From: Candidatus Limiplasma sp.
GTDB lineage: Bacteria > Bacillota > Clostridia > Christensenellales > Aristaeellaceae
Assembly (NCBI GenBank): GCA_035399245.1
Contig: DAOPIR010000001.1
Location: 1,116-65,115 of the forward strand
Direction: 5' to 3'
Length of the DNA stretch: 64,000 bases
Below are positions 9,690 to 18,183 of the stretch, piece by piece (within the stretch, counting starts at the first letter, position 1; each line of letters starts with the position of its first letter). Under the pieces are notes generated by a model. That model saw only the letters and a program-made list of their open reading frames with translations, was not told where the DNA came from and ran no database searches. Made by a program: the position numbers and the translations under genes.

Positions 9690-9713
9690 TTTTCCACAAT
9701 AAATTGTGGAAAA
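9690..9713. promoter_or_regulatory. Palindrome TTTTCCACAAT-AA-ATTGTGGAAAA, candidate NrdR box or operator
   Basis: 11-bp perfect arms read directly. The 16-bp core CCACAATAAATTGTGG resembles the NrdR-box consensus acaCwAtATaTwGtgt. It sits in the divergent region between the oxidoreductase gene and nrdD. Confidence 0.4.
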
Positions 9714-9842
9714 CTTTTTGACTCTGTTTTCCGGAGAACTTTTACGCTTCAAGTCAAAATATTGCTTATATATTAAGGGTTTGTGAACGGCACAACCGCC
9801 GCCATTGCCGGATGAAGCGCCGGAATCGTTCCAGATGTAGTA

Positions 9843-9871
9843 TTGACGGATTTAATGAAACACCATATAAT
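9843..9871 (+). promoter_or_regulatory. Sigma70-type promoter upstream of nrdD
   Basis: TTGACG (9843-9848), a 17-nt spacer, then TATAAT (9866-9871). This leaves a leader of about 160 nt with small hairpins. Confidence 0.55.
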
Positions 9872-10037
9872 GACAGTACTTCGTTAACAATCCGACGAAG
9901 ATCGAACCCGCCCTATCATCGGACAGCGCTATAAGAATACCGTACCGTATTGAAACTGCCGGCACACATACCGCAGTGTGCAGGGTGATTGTTTCCTCTT
10001 TTTCCACATATACAGATCAAATCAAAGGAGTACCGCA

Positions 10038-12164
10038 ATGATAGTATCCATTACCAAGCGTGATGGCCGCGTTGTGCCGTTTGATGCCGATAAAATCGAG
10101 CAAGCCATCGAAAAGTCCTTCATGGCCTCGGGCAGCCGCAAGGGCAGGGACACCGCGCACCACCTGGCCGGACTTGTGGTCGCCGCGGTGGAAAACGACG
10201 AGCTGATCCCCAGCATTCCCACCGTGGAGCAGGTGCAGGACGCCGTGGAGCGCACGCTGATCGAGCAGGGCTTTGTGCGCTCGGCCAAGGCCTATATCCT
10301 TTACCGCGCGGAGCGCAGCCGTGTGCGCGAGATGAACACGCGATTGATGAAAACCTTTGAGGATATCTGCGCCGACGATGCCGGGGATGCCGATGAGCAG
10401 CGCCGCGGCTGCGATACCGCTATGGGCGCCATGCTCAAGTTCGGCTCGGAGGGCTCCAAGCAGTTTTACGAGATGTTCGTGCTTGATCCCGGCTACGCCC
10501 GCGCGCATCAGGACGGAGACATCCACATCCACGATCTGGACTTTTACACCCTCACCACCGCCAGCACGCAGATTGACCTGGTCAAGCTGTTTGCGGGCGG
10601 GTTTTCCACAGGGCACGGCACGCTGCGCGAGCCGCAGGACATCTCCAGCTGTGCCGCGCTGTGCTGCATCGCCATTCAGGCCAACCAGAACGATCAGCAC
10701 GGCGACCAGAGCATTGCCAATTTTGATTACGGTATGGCCCCCGGCGTGCGCAAGACCTACGCCAAGTGCTTTGCCGAAAACCTGGCCCGCGCGCTGGAGC
10801 TGATGCTGGGGGTGGACGACGCGCCCGACAAGGTGAAGGCCCTGCTTGCCGAAGTGGAGGTCAAAACCGGCAGCATCCCCATGCTGACCATTGAAAAGGC
10901 GTACGACAAGGCCGTCAAAACCAGGCTCAAAGCGCTGTGCACCGCACCCAAAGAACAGCTGGACCGCATTGTGGACTTTGCCCGCGAGCATGCCCAGCGT
11001 GATACCGACCGGGCAACCCATCAGGCAATGGAAGCGCTCGTGCATACCCTCAACACCATGAACAGCCGTGCCGGCGGACAGGTGTCACTGTCCACCGTCA
11101 ACTACGGGCTGGATACCTCGCCTGAGGCGCGCATGGTGATGCGCAACCTGCTCATCGCCACCGAGGAGGGCGTCGGCCACGGCGACGCGCCGCTTTTCCC
11201 CGTGCAGATTTTCCGCGTGAAGGAAGGCGTGAACTACAACCCCGGCGACCCCAACTACGACCTGTTCCGCCTTGCCGTGCGCGTGAGCGCCAAGCGGCCG
11301 TTCCCCCACTTCAGCTTTATGGACGCGCCGTTCAACCTGCCGTATTACAAAAAGGGCAATTACGATACCGAGGTTGCCTATGCGGGCAGCCGCGCCCGCG
11401 TGATGGGCAACCTGTATGATCCCGGGCGTGAAATCGCGCCCCGCCGCGGCAACCTGTCGGCAACCACCGTCAACCTGCCGCGCATCGCCCTGAAAGCCAA
11501 GGGCGATTTGGCCTGGTTTTTTGAGGAGCTGGAGCGTGTGCTCAACCTTTGCGCCGGACAGCTTTTAGAGCGCTTTGAGATCGTCGCCGCCAAAAAGGCG
11601 CGCAATTTCCCCTTCATGATGGGTCAGGGCAACTGGCTGGATTCCGAGACCCTGGGCTGGAACGACGGCATCCGCGAGATTCTTAAGCACGGCACGCTGT
11701 CCATCGGGTTTACGGGCCTCAGCGAAACGCTGATGGTGCTTCGCGGCGCACACCACGGCGAAAACGCTTCCTCCCAGAACCTGGGGCTGGAGATCGTAGG
11801 CTTTATCCGCAAGTTTTGCGACGACATAAGCGAAAAACACCAGATGAACTTCACCTGCCTTGCCTCGCCCGCCGAAGGCCTTGCCGGCCGCTTTGTGCGG
11901 CTGGACCGCGAGCGCTTCGGCACGCTGGAGGGCATTACCGACCGCGAGTGCTACACCAACTCCTTCCACATTCCCGTGGATTTTCCCATTTCCGTCACCG
12001 AAAAAATAGCGCTGGAAGCGCCGTACCACGCGCTGACCAACGGCGGGCATATCACCTGCATTACCATGGCCGGCGACGCGCAAAACAGCCTGGACGCCTT
12101 TGAAAAAACCATCCGCGCCATGCACGACGCCGGGATCGGCTATGGCTGTGTCACCCTGCCGTAG
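10038..12164 (+). CDS. nrdD: Anaerobic (class III) ribonucleoside-triphosphate reductase with N-terminal ATP-cone, truncated before the Zn-ribbon and glycyl-radical domain
   Basis: ATP-cone MIVSITKRDGRVVPFDADKIEQAIEKSF and an NrdD body (DIHIHDLDFY, STVNYGLDTSPE, YHALTNGGHITCI). The ORF stops at ...DAGIGYGCVTLP* with no CxxC...CxxC or RVCGY. RBS AAAGGAG lies at 10024-10030. Confidence 0.8.
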   Translation: MIVSITKRDGRVVPFDADKIEQAIEKSFMASGSRKGRDTAHHLAGLVVAAVENDELIPSIPTVEQVQDAVERTLIEQGFVRSAKAYILYRAERSRVREMNTRLMKTFEDICADDAGDADEQRRGCDTAMGAMLKFGSEGSKQFYEMFVLDPGYARAHQDGDIHIHDLDFYTLTTASTQIDLVKLFAGGFSTGHGTLREPQDISSCAALCCIAIQANQNDQHGDQSIANFDYGMAPGVRKTYAKCFAENLARALELMLGVDDAPDKVKALLAEVEVKTGSIPMLTIEKAYDKAVKTRLKALCTAPKEQLDRIVDFAREHAQRDTDRATHQAMEALVHTLNTMNSRAGGQVSLSTVNYGLDTSPEARMVMRNLLIATEEGVGHGDAPLFPVQIFRVKEGVNYNPGDPNYDLFRLAVRVSAKRPFPHFSFMDAPFNLPYYKKGNYDTEVAYAGSRARVMGNLYDPGREIAPRRGNLSATTVNLPRIALKAKGDLAWFFEELERVLNLCAGQLLERFEIVAAKKARNFPFMMGQGNWLDSETLGWNDGIREILKHGTLSIGFTGLSETLMVLRGAHHGENASSQNLGLEIVGFIRKFCDDISEKHQMNFTCLASPAEGLAGRFVRLDRERFGTLEGITDRECYTNSFHIPVDFPISVTEKIALEAPYHALTNGGHITCITMAGDAQNSLDAFEKTIRAMHDAGIGYGCVTLP

Positions 12165-12187
12165 CCAGGGCGCAAAGCAGGATTTTC

Positions 12188-12220
12188 AGGCTGTCGGCCG
12201 CATGCTGCCGGCAGCCTTTT
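12188..12220 (+). terminator. Intrinsic terminator directly after the truncated nrdD
   Basis: AGGCTGTCGGC-cgcatgct-GCCGGCAGCCT forms an 11-bp stem with one G-T pair, followed by TTTT. Confidence 0.7.
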
Positions 12221-12307
12221 GGCAACCTGTAAATACTGGGCGAACAGGCAAGCAAATCGTACCTAAATATGTTATAATACCTTTGACCGCAAAAGGGAGG
12301 ACACCAT

Positions 12308-13303
12308 ATGTTCGGAAAACTGATTAATAACTATTTATACGGAAAATCAGGCAAGGGCGATTACACCAAGGACGACCTGCCTACCACCCGGGGACAGCTC
12401 TTTAAAGAAATGCTGCGCGTACGGCTGAGCGGCCTCACCCGCCTCAACCTTCTGTACATGCTCAGCTGGCTTCCGGCCATGCTGATTATCGCCTATCATC
12501 TCATTTTGGCGTACACGGCGCTCAGCGACATGGCCGAGGCCAACATCCTATACTCCGAGGGCACCCTCGCGCTGGCGGATATGCAAAGCCAGATCAGCAC
12601 CGATGTGGACGCGTTGAAATCCATCGCGATGTTCTGCCTGCTGTTTTTCGTGCCCGCCATTACGATCACCGGCCCGTTTACCCCCGGCCTGTGCTACGTA
12701 ACGCGCAACTGGGCGCGCGACGAGCACGCCTTCATCTTCAGCGATTTCAAAGACGCCGTGAAGGAGAACTGGAAGCAGGGCCTGCTCACCGGCTTCATCA
12801 CCGGCCTGGTACCGATTGTCGCCTATGTATGCTGGGATTTCTACGGCTCAATGGCCAGCGACAGCAGCTCGCTGTACGTTGTTCCCCAGATGCTGACGCT
12901 GCTGCTGGCCCTGATCTGGCTGATGAGCCTGATCTTTACTTATCCGCTGATGGTCAGCTACAAGCTCACCTACCCGCAGCTGATCCGGAATTCACTGCTG
13001 CTGACGATCGGGCGGCTGCCGCAAACCATATTGTTCAAGCTGATCACGCTGGTACCGGTGCTGATCGCGCTGGCGGTAAGCATCTTCACATCCTATTATG
13101 TCTGGGCGGTCGGGCTGACGTTTTTGTACTATGTGCTGTTCGGGTTCGCGTTCAGCCGCTTTATCTCCGCCAGCTTCACCAATGCGGTGTTTGACAAGTA
13201 CATTAACTCCAAAATTGACGGCGCGCAGGTAGATCGCGGACTGTACAAAAGCGACGACGACGACGATGAGGACGATCTGGCGGACGATCAGGATCAGCAG
13301 TAA
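12308..13303 (+). CDS. YesL/DUF624 family membrane protein with an acidic C-terminal tail
   Basis: N-terminus with the basic motif TRGQLFKEMLRVRLSGLTRLNLLYMLSWLP and multiple TM helices, typical of DUF624. Tail is KSDDDDDEDDLADDQDQQ. RBS GGGAGGA. Confidence 0.7.
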   Translation: MFGKLINNYLYGKSGKGDYTKDDLPTTRGQLFKEMLRVRLSGLTRLNLLYMLSWLPAMLIIAYHLILAYTALSDMAEANILYSEGTLALADMQSQISTDVDALKSIAMFCLLFFVPAITITGPFTPGLCYVTRNWARDEHAFIFSDFKDAVKENWKQGLLTGFITGLVPIVAYVCWDFYGSMASDSSSLYVVPQMLTLLLALIWLMSLIFTYPLMVSYKLTYPQLIRNSLLLTIGRLPQTILFKLITLVPVLIALAVSIFTSYYVWAVGLTFLYYVLFGFAFSRFISASFTNAVFDKYINSKIDGAQVDRGLYKSDDDDDEDDLADDQDQQ

Positions 13304-13314
13304 GGGTGATTTGA

Positions 13315-14058
13315 TTGTATACCGCCTTCGCATCCGTATATGACCGTTTGATGGCCGATGTGGATTATTCCGCATGGGCCGCCTTTTACCACGATCTTTT
13401 AAGCCGCAGGGGCGTCTCCACGGGCGCTGTGTGCGAGTGTGCCTGCGGCACGGGCAGCCTGACGCTGCCGCTTGATAAAACCTATGATATGATCGGTGTG
13501 GATCAATCCGCCGATATGCTGTCCGTTGCCACGGAAAAAGCGCGCCGTGCGGGGCGGCCTATTCCCTTTATCCAGATGGATATGCGCCGCCTGGCGCTGC
13601 ACCGTCCCGTGGACGGCGTGCTGTGCACCTGCGACGGCGTAAACTACCTCGAAAGCGAGCAGGCGGTCGCCGCGTTTTTGCAGGCCGCGTACTGTGCGCT
13701 TCGCCCGGGCGGCGCACTGGTGTTTGACGTATCCACCCCCTACAAGCTGAAAACGCAGCTGGGAAACCGCACGCTTACCCGGGACGCCGACGATATCGCA
13801 TATCTGTGGCAAAACCGGTATACGGAAAAAAACCGCAGGGTAGACATGTCGCTGAGCATCTTTTGGCGGCAGCCAAACGGCCTGTACGAGCGCGTGCTGG
13901 AAGAGCAAACGCAGTACGGCTACACCCGGGGCGCGCTGGAACACCTGCTGCAGGACGCGGGCTTTGCCGATATTGCGGTGTACGGCGACCGTACGCTGGC
14001 CGCGCCGCGTGCCGCCGAAAAGCGCTGGCACATCGCGGCCACCAAAAAGGAGCGATAG
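13315..14058 (+). CDS. Class I SAM-dependent methyltransferase
   Basis: Motif I VCECACGTGSLT and post-I/II motifs (GVDQSADML, DGVLCTCDGVNYL, LRPGGALVFDV). TTG start follows RBS AAGGGTGA. Confidence 0.8.
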   Translation: MYTAFASVYDRLMADVDYSAWAAFYHDLLSRRGVSTGAVCECACGTGSLTLPLDKTYDMIGVDQSADMLSVATEKARRAGRPIPFIQMDMRRLALHRPVDGVLCTCDGVNYLESEQAVAAFLQAAYCALRPGGALVFDVSTPYKLKTQLGNRTLTRDADDIAYLWQNRYTEKNRRVDMSLSIFWRQPNGLYERVLEEQTQYGYTRGALEHLLQDAGFADIAVYGDRTLAAPRAAEKRWHIAATKKER

Positions 14059-14063
14059 TTTAC

Positions 14064-14960
14064 TTGGATACCATACTGCATTTCACCCTGGCGGGCGGCA
14101 CCGTGCGCGGGCTGCTGATCGACAGCACCCTTACGGCACGCGAGGCCCAACAGCTGCAGGGCTCCAGCGCCGTAGCGGCCGGCGCGCTGGGGCGCGGACT
14201 GACGGCCACGGCCATGCTTTCCTCCACCCTCAAGGAAAAAAACGCGTCGGTAACGCTGACCATCGAAGGCGACGGCCCGCTGCAAAAGATCGTCTGCGTG
14301 GGCGGCTTTGCCGCGGAGGATGCGCAGACGCCGGCGCTTGCCGTGCGCGGCTATGTGCAAAACCACACCGTGCAGCTGCCGCTGAAAAACGGCAGGCTGG
14401 ACATCGGCGGCGGCGTAGGACGGCACGGGCGCATGAGCGTGGTCAAAGACCTGCGCCTCAAGAGCCCCTACATCGGTCAGGTCGAGCTGGTCTCGGGCGA
14501 GATCGCCGCCGATCTGGCGTACTACTATGTGCAAAGCGAGCAGTCCCCGTCGCTGGTCAGCCTCGGGGTCATCGCGTCGGACGTCACGGTTGACGCGGCG
14601 GGCGGCGTGCTTTTACAGGCGCTGCCCGGCTGCGCGGATGAGACTATCGATCAGCTGGAGCTGCGCTCCCCGATCTTCGGCGATATCGCAAACGAGCTCC
14701 AGCACGAGGCCCCCGACGCGCTGCTGACACGCTGGTTCCACGATCTGGACCTTGTGCGGCTGGAAACCCGCGCCCTGCGCTACGAATGCCCCTGCTCCAA
14801 GGCGCGCATGGAGCGCGCGCTGATCTCGCTGGGGCCGGAGGAGCTTAAGCGCATGATCCTTGACGATGTGGACGGCGCGGAGCTGGTGTGCCACTTTTGC
14901 AACAAGAAATATCAGTTTACCACCCAGGATTTGCTGCGGCTTTTAAACCGCCGCGGATAG
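14064..14960 (+). CDS. hslO: Hsp33 family redox-regulated chaperone
   Basis: Hsp33 body plus the C-terminal zinc centre CPCS...CHFCNKKY. TTG 14064 lies 11 nt after AAAAAGGAG; the track ORF 13806.. overlaps the previous gene in another frame. Confidence 0.8.
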   Translation: MDTILHFTLAGGTVRGLLIDSTLTAREAQQLQGSSAVAAGALGRGLTATAMLSSTLKEKNASVTLTIEGDGPLQKIVCVGGFAAEDAQTPALAVRGYVQNHTVQLPLKNGRLDIGGGVGRHGRMSVVKDLRLKSPYIGQVELVSGEIAADLAYYYVQSEQSPSLVSLGVIASDVTVDAAGGVLLQALPGCADETIDQLELRSPIFGDIANELQHEAPDALLTRWFHDLDLVRLETRALRYECPCSKARMERALISLGPEELKRMILDDVDGAELVCHFCNKKYQFTTQDLLRLLNRRG

Positions 14961-14968
14961 GAGCAAGC

Positions 14969-16654
14969 ATGGCCGAACAACAGGTTCTTGGCATGGCGCG
15001 CCCCGCCGCGTATTGGGCGCGGCGCGCGGCTTTTCACCATCGGCGCGGCAACCGGCGCCAGGCCGAGGTGCTCTATCAGCATGCCCTGGACTTAACGCCA
15101 GACGACATTTCCCTCCAGCTCTCCTATGCCAGGGTATTGCAGGAAACCCAGCGCCACGAGGCCAGCAACCGGCAGGCCTTCGCCGCGCTTTCGCAGGATG
15201 CGGACAATCCGGTGCTGATCGGGATGATCGGGATGAACCTGATGGCGATGGGCTATCTGGAGGAGGCGGCCGACGCCTTTGCCCATGTGCTGGACACAGC
15301 CCCCGACAGCATGGCCGACGTCTATGCCGATCAGCTGGACCGGCTGGACATGCTGCTGTACCCGGCCAGGGAGCCCTGCGCCCGCTACCGTGTGCTTACG
15401 CAGCGGGCGGCGGAATGCATGGCAGAGGGAGCCTGGGAGCAGGCCAAGCCGTTGCTTACACGCGCATGCGCCATATATCACCGCGATGAGCGCTGCCATG
15501 CGCTTATGGCGCTGTATTACCGCGAAACAGGCGACAGAGAACAGGCGATTGCGCAGGCCGCCGCGGCATGCGCCATGGCGCCCCATAATCCGCGCACCCA
15601 TTCCACGCTGGCCGAGCTGTACGCCGAAAACCATCAGCACGGGCGGGCATTGCAGGCGCTGCTGCGCGCCGCCGCGTGCGTGCTGAGCGCCGAGGATGAG
15701 CATCTGCTGTGCCAATCCGCTATCCGGCTGGGCTTCCCCACGGCTGTACTGCCCGCGCTGACCCGCCTGGGCGGCAGCGTGCACACGCTGTACAACCAAA
15801 GCGTGCTCTGGCTGCTGGCCGGCAAGCCGCAGCGCGCCCTGCCGCTGCTGGACCGGTGCCGCATGCTGGATCCGGACGATGTTCCCACGCGGTTTTTGCG
15901 TCGCAGCGTACAGGCGCTTGCCGAGCTCCCTGCCGGCGAAGCCGCGTCCGTCAAGGGACAGCGGCTGTATCCCGCGCTATCGGACGCGGACAGCGAAGCG
16001 TGTTTCCGCACCTTTATCGAGGCACTGGAGAGCGGTGTAGAGCCGTTTGCCAAGCGGCTGGAGACGGATACCGCACTCTACCGGCTGCTGCTTTATCAGG
16101 CGGGAAATCCCTATACCGATATCACCGGCCTGCTGAAACAGGTTTTTGGGTACCTGAAGGAGAATGTTACGCACAAGCTGCTGCGCGATATCCTGACCCA
16201 GCCGATGGGCGGGTCGGCGGAAAAGCAGCTGGCCATCGACCTGCTGCTGGAGCGGTATCCGCAGCCGTTTGTGCTGTGGCACGACGGACGGCTGTCCTTC
16301 ATCAAGCCCCATACCGGCAGTGAAACCGCCGATACGCTGCGCCTGAAGGATGCCCTGCTCCGCTTCAAGGGCACCGCAAACGGCCCCGCGCTGGCTGCCC
16401 ACGCGCTGGCGCTCATCCGCCGCATGCCCCCGCGCATGCGCCGCGCCGTCGCCGCCGCACAGCCCAGCGCGTTTTGCAGCGCCGTGCGGATCCATTACGC
16501 ACAGTGCCGTCCCGCAGCCGGCCAGCCGCAGGCCATTCCGCGGCTGCACCATGTGCTGCGCATCTACCATATGCTATCACGTATTGCGCCCGCCCCGGGC
16601 GTTGCCGCCAGGCCGCCAAAGCTGTGGCTTTCCGGCGGCAGAGAGGAGAACTGA
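14969..16654 (+). CDS. TPR repeat-containing protein
   Basis: Repeated 34-aa A/Y/L-rich helical units (AEVLYQHALDLTPDD, EEAADAFAHVLDTAPD, EQAIAQAAAACAMAPHNP). ATG 14969 follows GGATAGGAG. Confidence 0.7.
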   Translation: MAEQQVLGMARPAAYWARRAAFHHRRGNRRQAEVLYQHALDLTPDDISLQLSYARVLQETQRHEASNRQAFAALSQDADNPVLIGMIGMNLMAMGYLEEAADAFAHVLDTAPDSMADVYADQLDRLDMLLYPAREPCARYRVLTQRAAECMAEGAWEQAKPLLTRACAIYHRDERCHALMALYYRETGDREQAIAQAAAACAMAPHNPRTHSTLAELYAENHQHGRALQALLRAAACVLSAEDEHLLCQSAIRLGFPTAVLPALTRLGGSVHTLYNQSVLWLLAGKPQRALPLLDRCRMLDPDDVPTRFLRRSVQALAELPAGEAASVKGQRLYPALSDADSEACFRTFIEALESGVEPFAKRLETDTALYRLLLYQAGNPYTDITGLLKQVFGYLKENVTHKLLRDILTQPMGGSAEKQLAIDLLLERYPQPFVLWHDGRLSFIKPHTGSETADTLRLKDALLRFKGTANGPALAAHALALIRRMPPRMRRAVAAAQPSAFCSAVRIHYAQCRPAAGQPQAIPRLHHVLRIYHMLSRIAPAPGVAARPPKLWLSGGREEN

Positions 16655-17479
16655 ATGAAATTAATTGATTTTGACGCGGAGTTTGGCAAGGCGCTTGCCC
16701 GCTGGATTGAGGAAAACCGCAGCCATTACAAAACCGCCGATGAAATGGAAGACGCCGCGCCCGAGGTATACGAGCGGTGGCTTGCCGCGCCCGCGGATTT
16801 TCTGGACGGTGAAACGCCGGCGGCCTATTTTGACCGCTACAGAGATGCAAACGAGCTGATTAAACTGCTGCGGTGCTATCTGGAGGAAGATATCCCCGTG
16901 CCCGATCCGCTGCTCAGCCGCTTAAACGATCTCGCCGACGAGGACGCGCTGCTCGCGCTGGCCGTCGATGCCGCCGCGCCCGCCGAAGCACGGATGCTGG
17001 CGATCGATCTGCTGCGGGAGCTGGAAAGCGACAAGCCGATGGTGGAGTACATCCGCTGGCAGGTAGAACGCGACGCGGACGAAGAGCTGCTAGACAGCGC
17101 ACTGGAAAGCCTGCGCGCTATGGGTGACAAGGCCGTCGCCCCCGCGAAGGTTGCCTTTATGGCGGCCGATGACGCGGGCAAGGAAGCCCTGCTGGACGTG
17201 CTTGCGCAGGTAACGGGCGACGACGATGTGTTAAGCTTCGCCATCCGCCGCTTTAAGGAGTGCGCCGACAAACGCGCGCTGTACGCCGGCTATCTGGGCA
17301 AGCTGGACGATGACCGCGCGCTGGAGCCGCTGCTGGACGCCGCCGAAGCCAAGGACATTACCTATATCGATTTTATCGAGATCCGCAACGCTATCGAGCG
17401 TCTCGGCGGCGAAGCGCCCTACCGCGACTTTGAAGACGATCCGACCTATATCGCCGTCAAACAGTTGCAGGTACGATAA
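16655..17479 (+). CDS. Hypothetical acidic helical-repeat (HEAT-like) protein
   Basis: 274-aa ORF directly abutting the TPR gene stop (TGA 16652-16654, ATG 16655). Repeated LLxAL/DxxA helical segments. No catalytic motif recognised. Confidence 0.6.
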   Translation: MKLIDFDAEFGKALARWIEENRSHYKTADEMEDAAPEVYERWLAAPADFLDGETPAAYFDRYRDANELIKLLRCYLEEDIPVPDPLLSRLNDLADEDALLALAVDAAAPAEARMLAIDLLRELESDKPMVEYIRWQVERDADEELLDSALESLRAMGDKAVAPAKVAFMAADDAGKEALLDVLAQVTGDDDVLSFAIRRFKECADKRALYAGYLGKLDDDRALEPLLDAAEAKDITYIDFIEIRNAIERLGGEAPYRDFEDDPTYIAVKQLQVR

Positions 17480-17489
17480 GGAGTATACA

Positions 17490-18170
17490 ATGGTTACATT
17501 AGCCGATATCAAACAAGACGAAAGCATCAAAGCGCTGATCAAGGCGGGCAACCGCTATCTGGAGCACCTGGGGTACACCGATCACGGTCCCCGGCACCTG
17601 AGCTATGTCAGCCGTACGGCCAGCCACATTCTGGCGCAGCTGGGCTACAGCGAGCGCGAGATTGAGCTGGCCGCCATCGCCGGCTGGGTGCACGACGTGG
17701 GCAATTCCATCAACCGCCACGACCACGGCCCCAACGGCGCGATCATGCTTTTCCCCATCCTGCAGAACGCGGGGCTCAACATTACCGATACCATCGAAAT
17801 CGTGACCGCCGTAGGCAACCATGAAGAGCAAAGCGGCACGGCGTCCTCTGCGGTCAGCGCCGCGCTGATCATCGCCGATAAATCCGACGCGCACAAAAGC
17901 CGCGTGCGGGGCGGCGTTCCCGACCTGGGCGACATCCACGACCGCGTAAACTTTTCCATCCAGAAAAACGAGGTCATTATCAACCGCAAAACCCATATCA
18001 TCCGCCAGTCGCTGGTGATGGACAAATCAAGCTCCGTGCTTGAATACCTGTCGATTTACCTGCCCCGTATCCTGATGTGCGAAACGGCGGCGAAGTTCTT
18101 AAAGCAGGAATTTGAATTGGAAATCAACGGGCATCCGGTCAACAACCAGGCGCCCGAAGCCTCGTGCTGA
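17490..18170 (+). CDS. HD domain phosphohydrolase
   Basis: H...HD signature (GPRHLSYV...AGWVHDVGN...NHEEQ). ATG 17490 follows RBS AAGGAG. Confidence 0.75.
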   Translation: MVTLADIKQDESIKALIKAGNRYLEHLGYTDHGPRHLSYVSRTASHILAQLGYSEREIELAAIAGWVHDVGNSINRHDHGPNGAIMLFPILQNAGLNITDTIEIVTAVGNHEEQSGTASSAVSAALIIADKSDAHKSRVRGGVPDLGDIHDRVNFSIQKNEVIINRKTHIIRQSLVMDKSSSVLEYLSIYLPRILMCETAAKFLKQEFELEINGHPVNNQAPEASC

Positions 18171-18183
18171 AAGGTGAGCCGTA

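Noticed and set aside
9872-10037. Cobalamin or other riboswitch in the roughly 160-nt nrdD leader
   Set aside because: There is no B12-box-like sequence and no conserved riboswitch core that I can recognise. Only two short generic hairpins are present. An Rfam scan would be needed to exclude it fully.
12100-12327. 75-aa ORF overlapping the nrdD end as the missing NrdD C-terminus after a frameshift
   Set aside because: Its translation (…SPCRSQGAKQDFQAVGRMLPAAF…) has no CxxC pairs or RVCGY-like motif. It also crosses the terminator hairpin and the next gene's promoter region.
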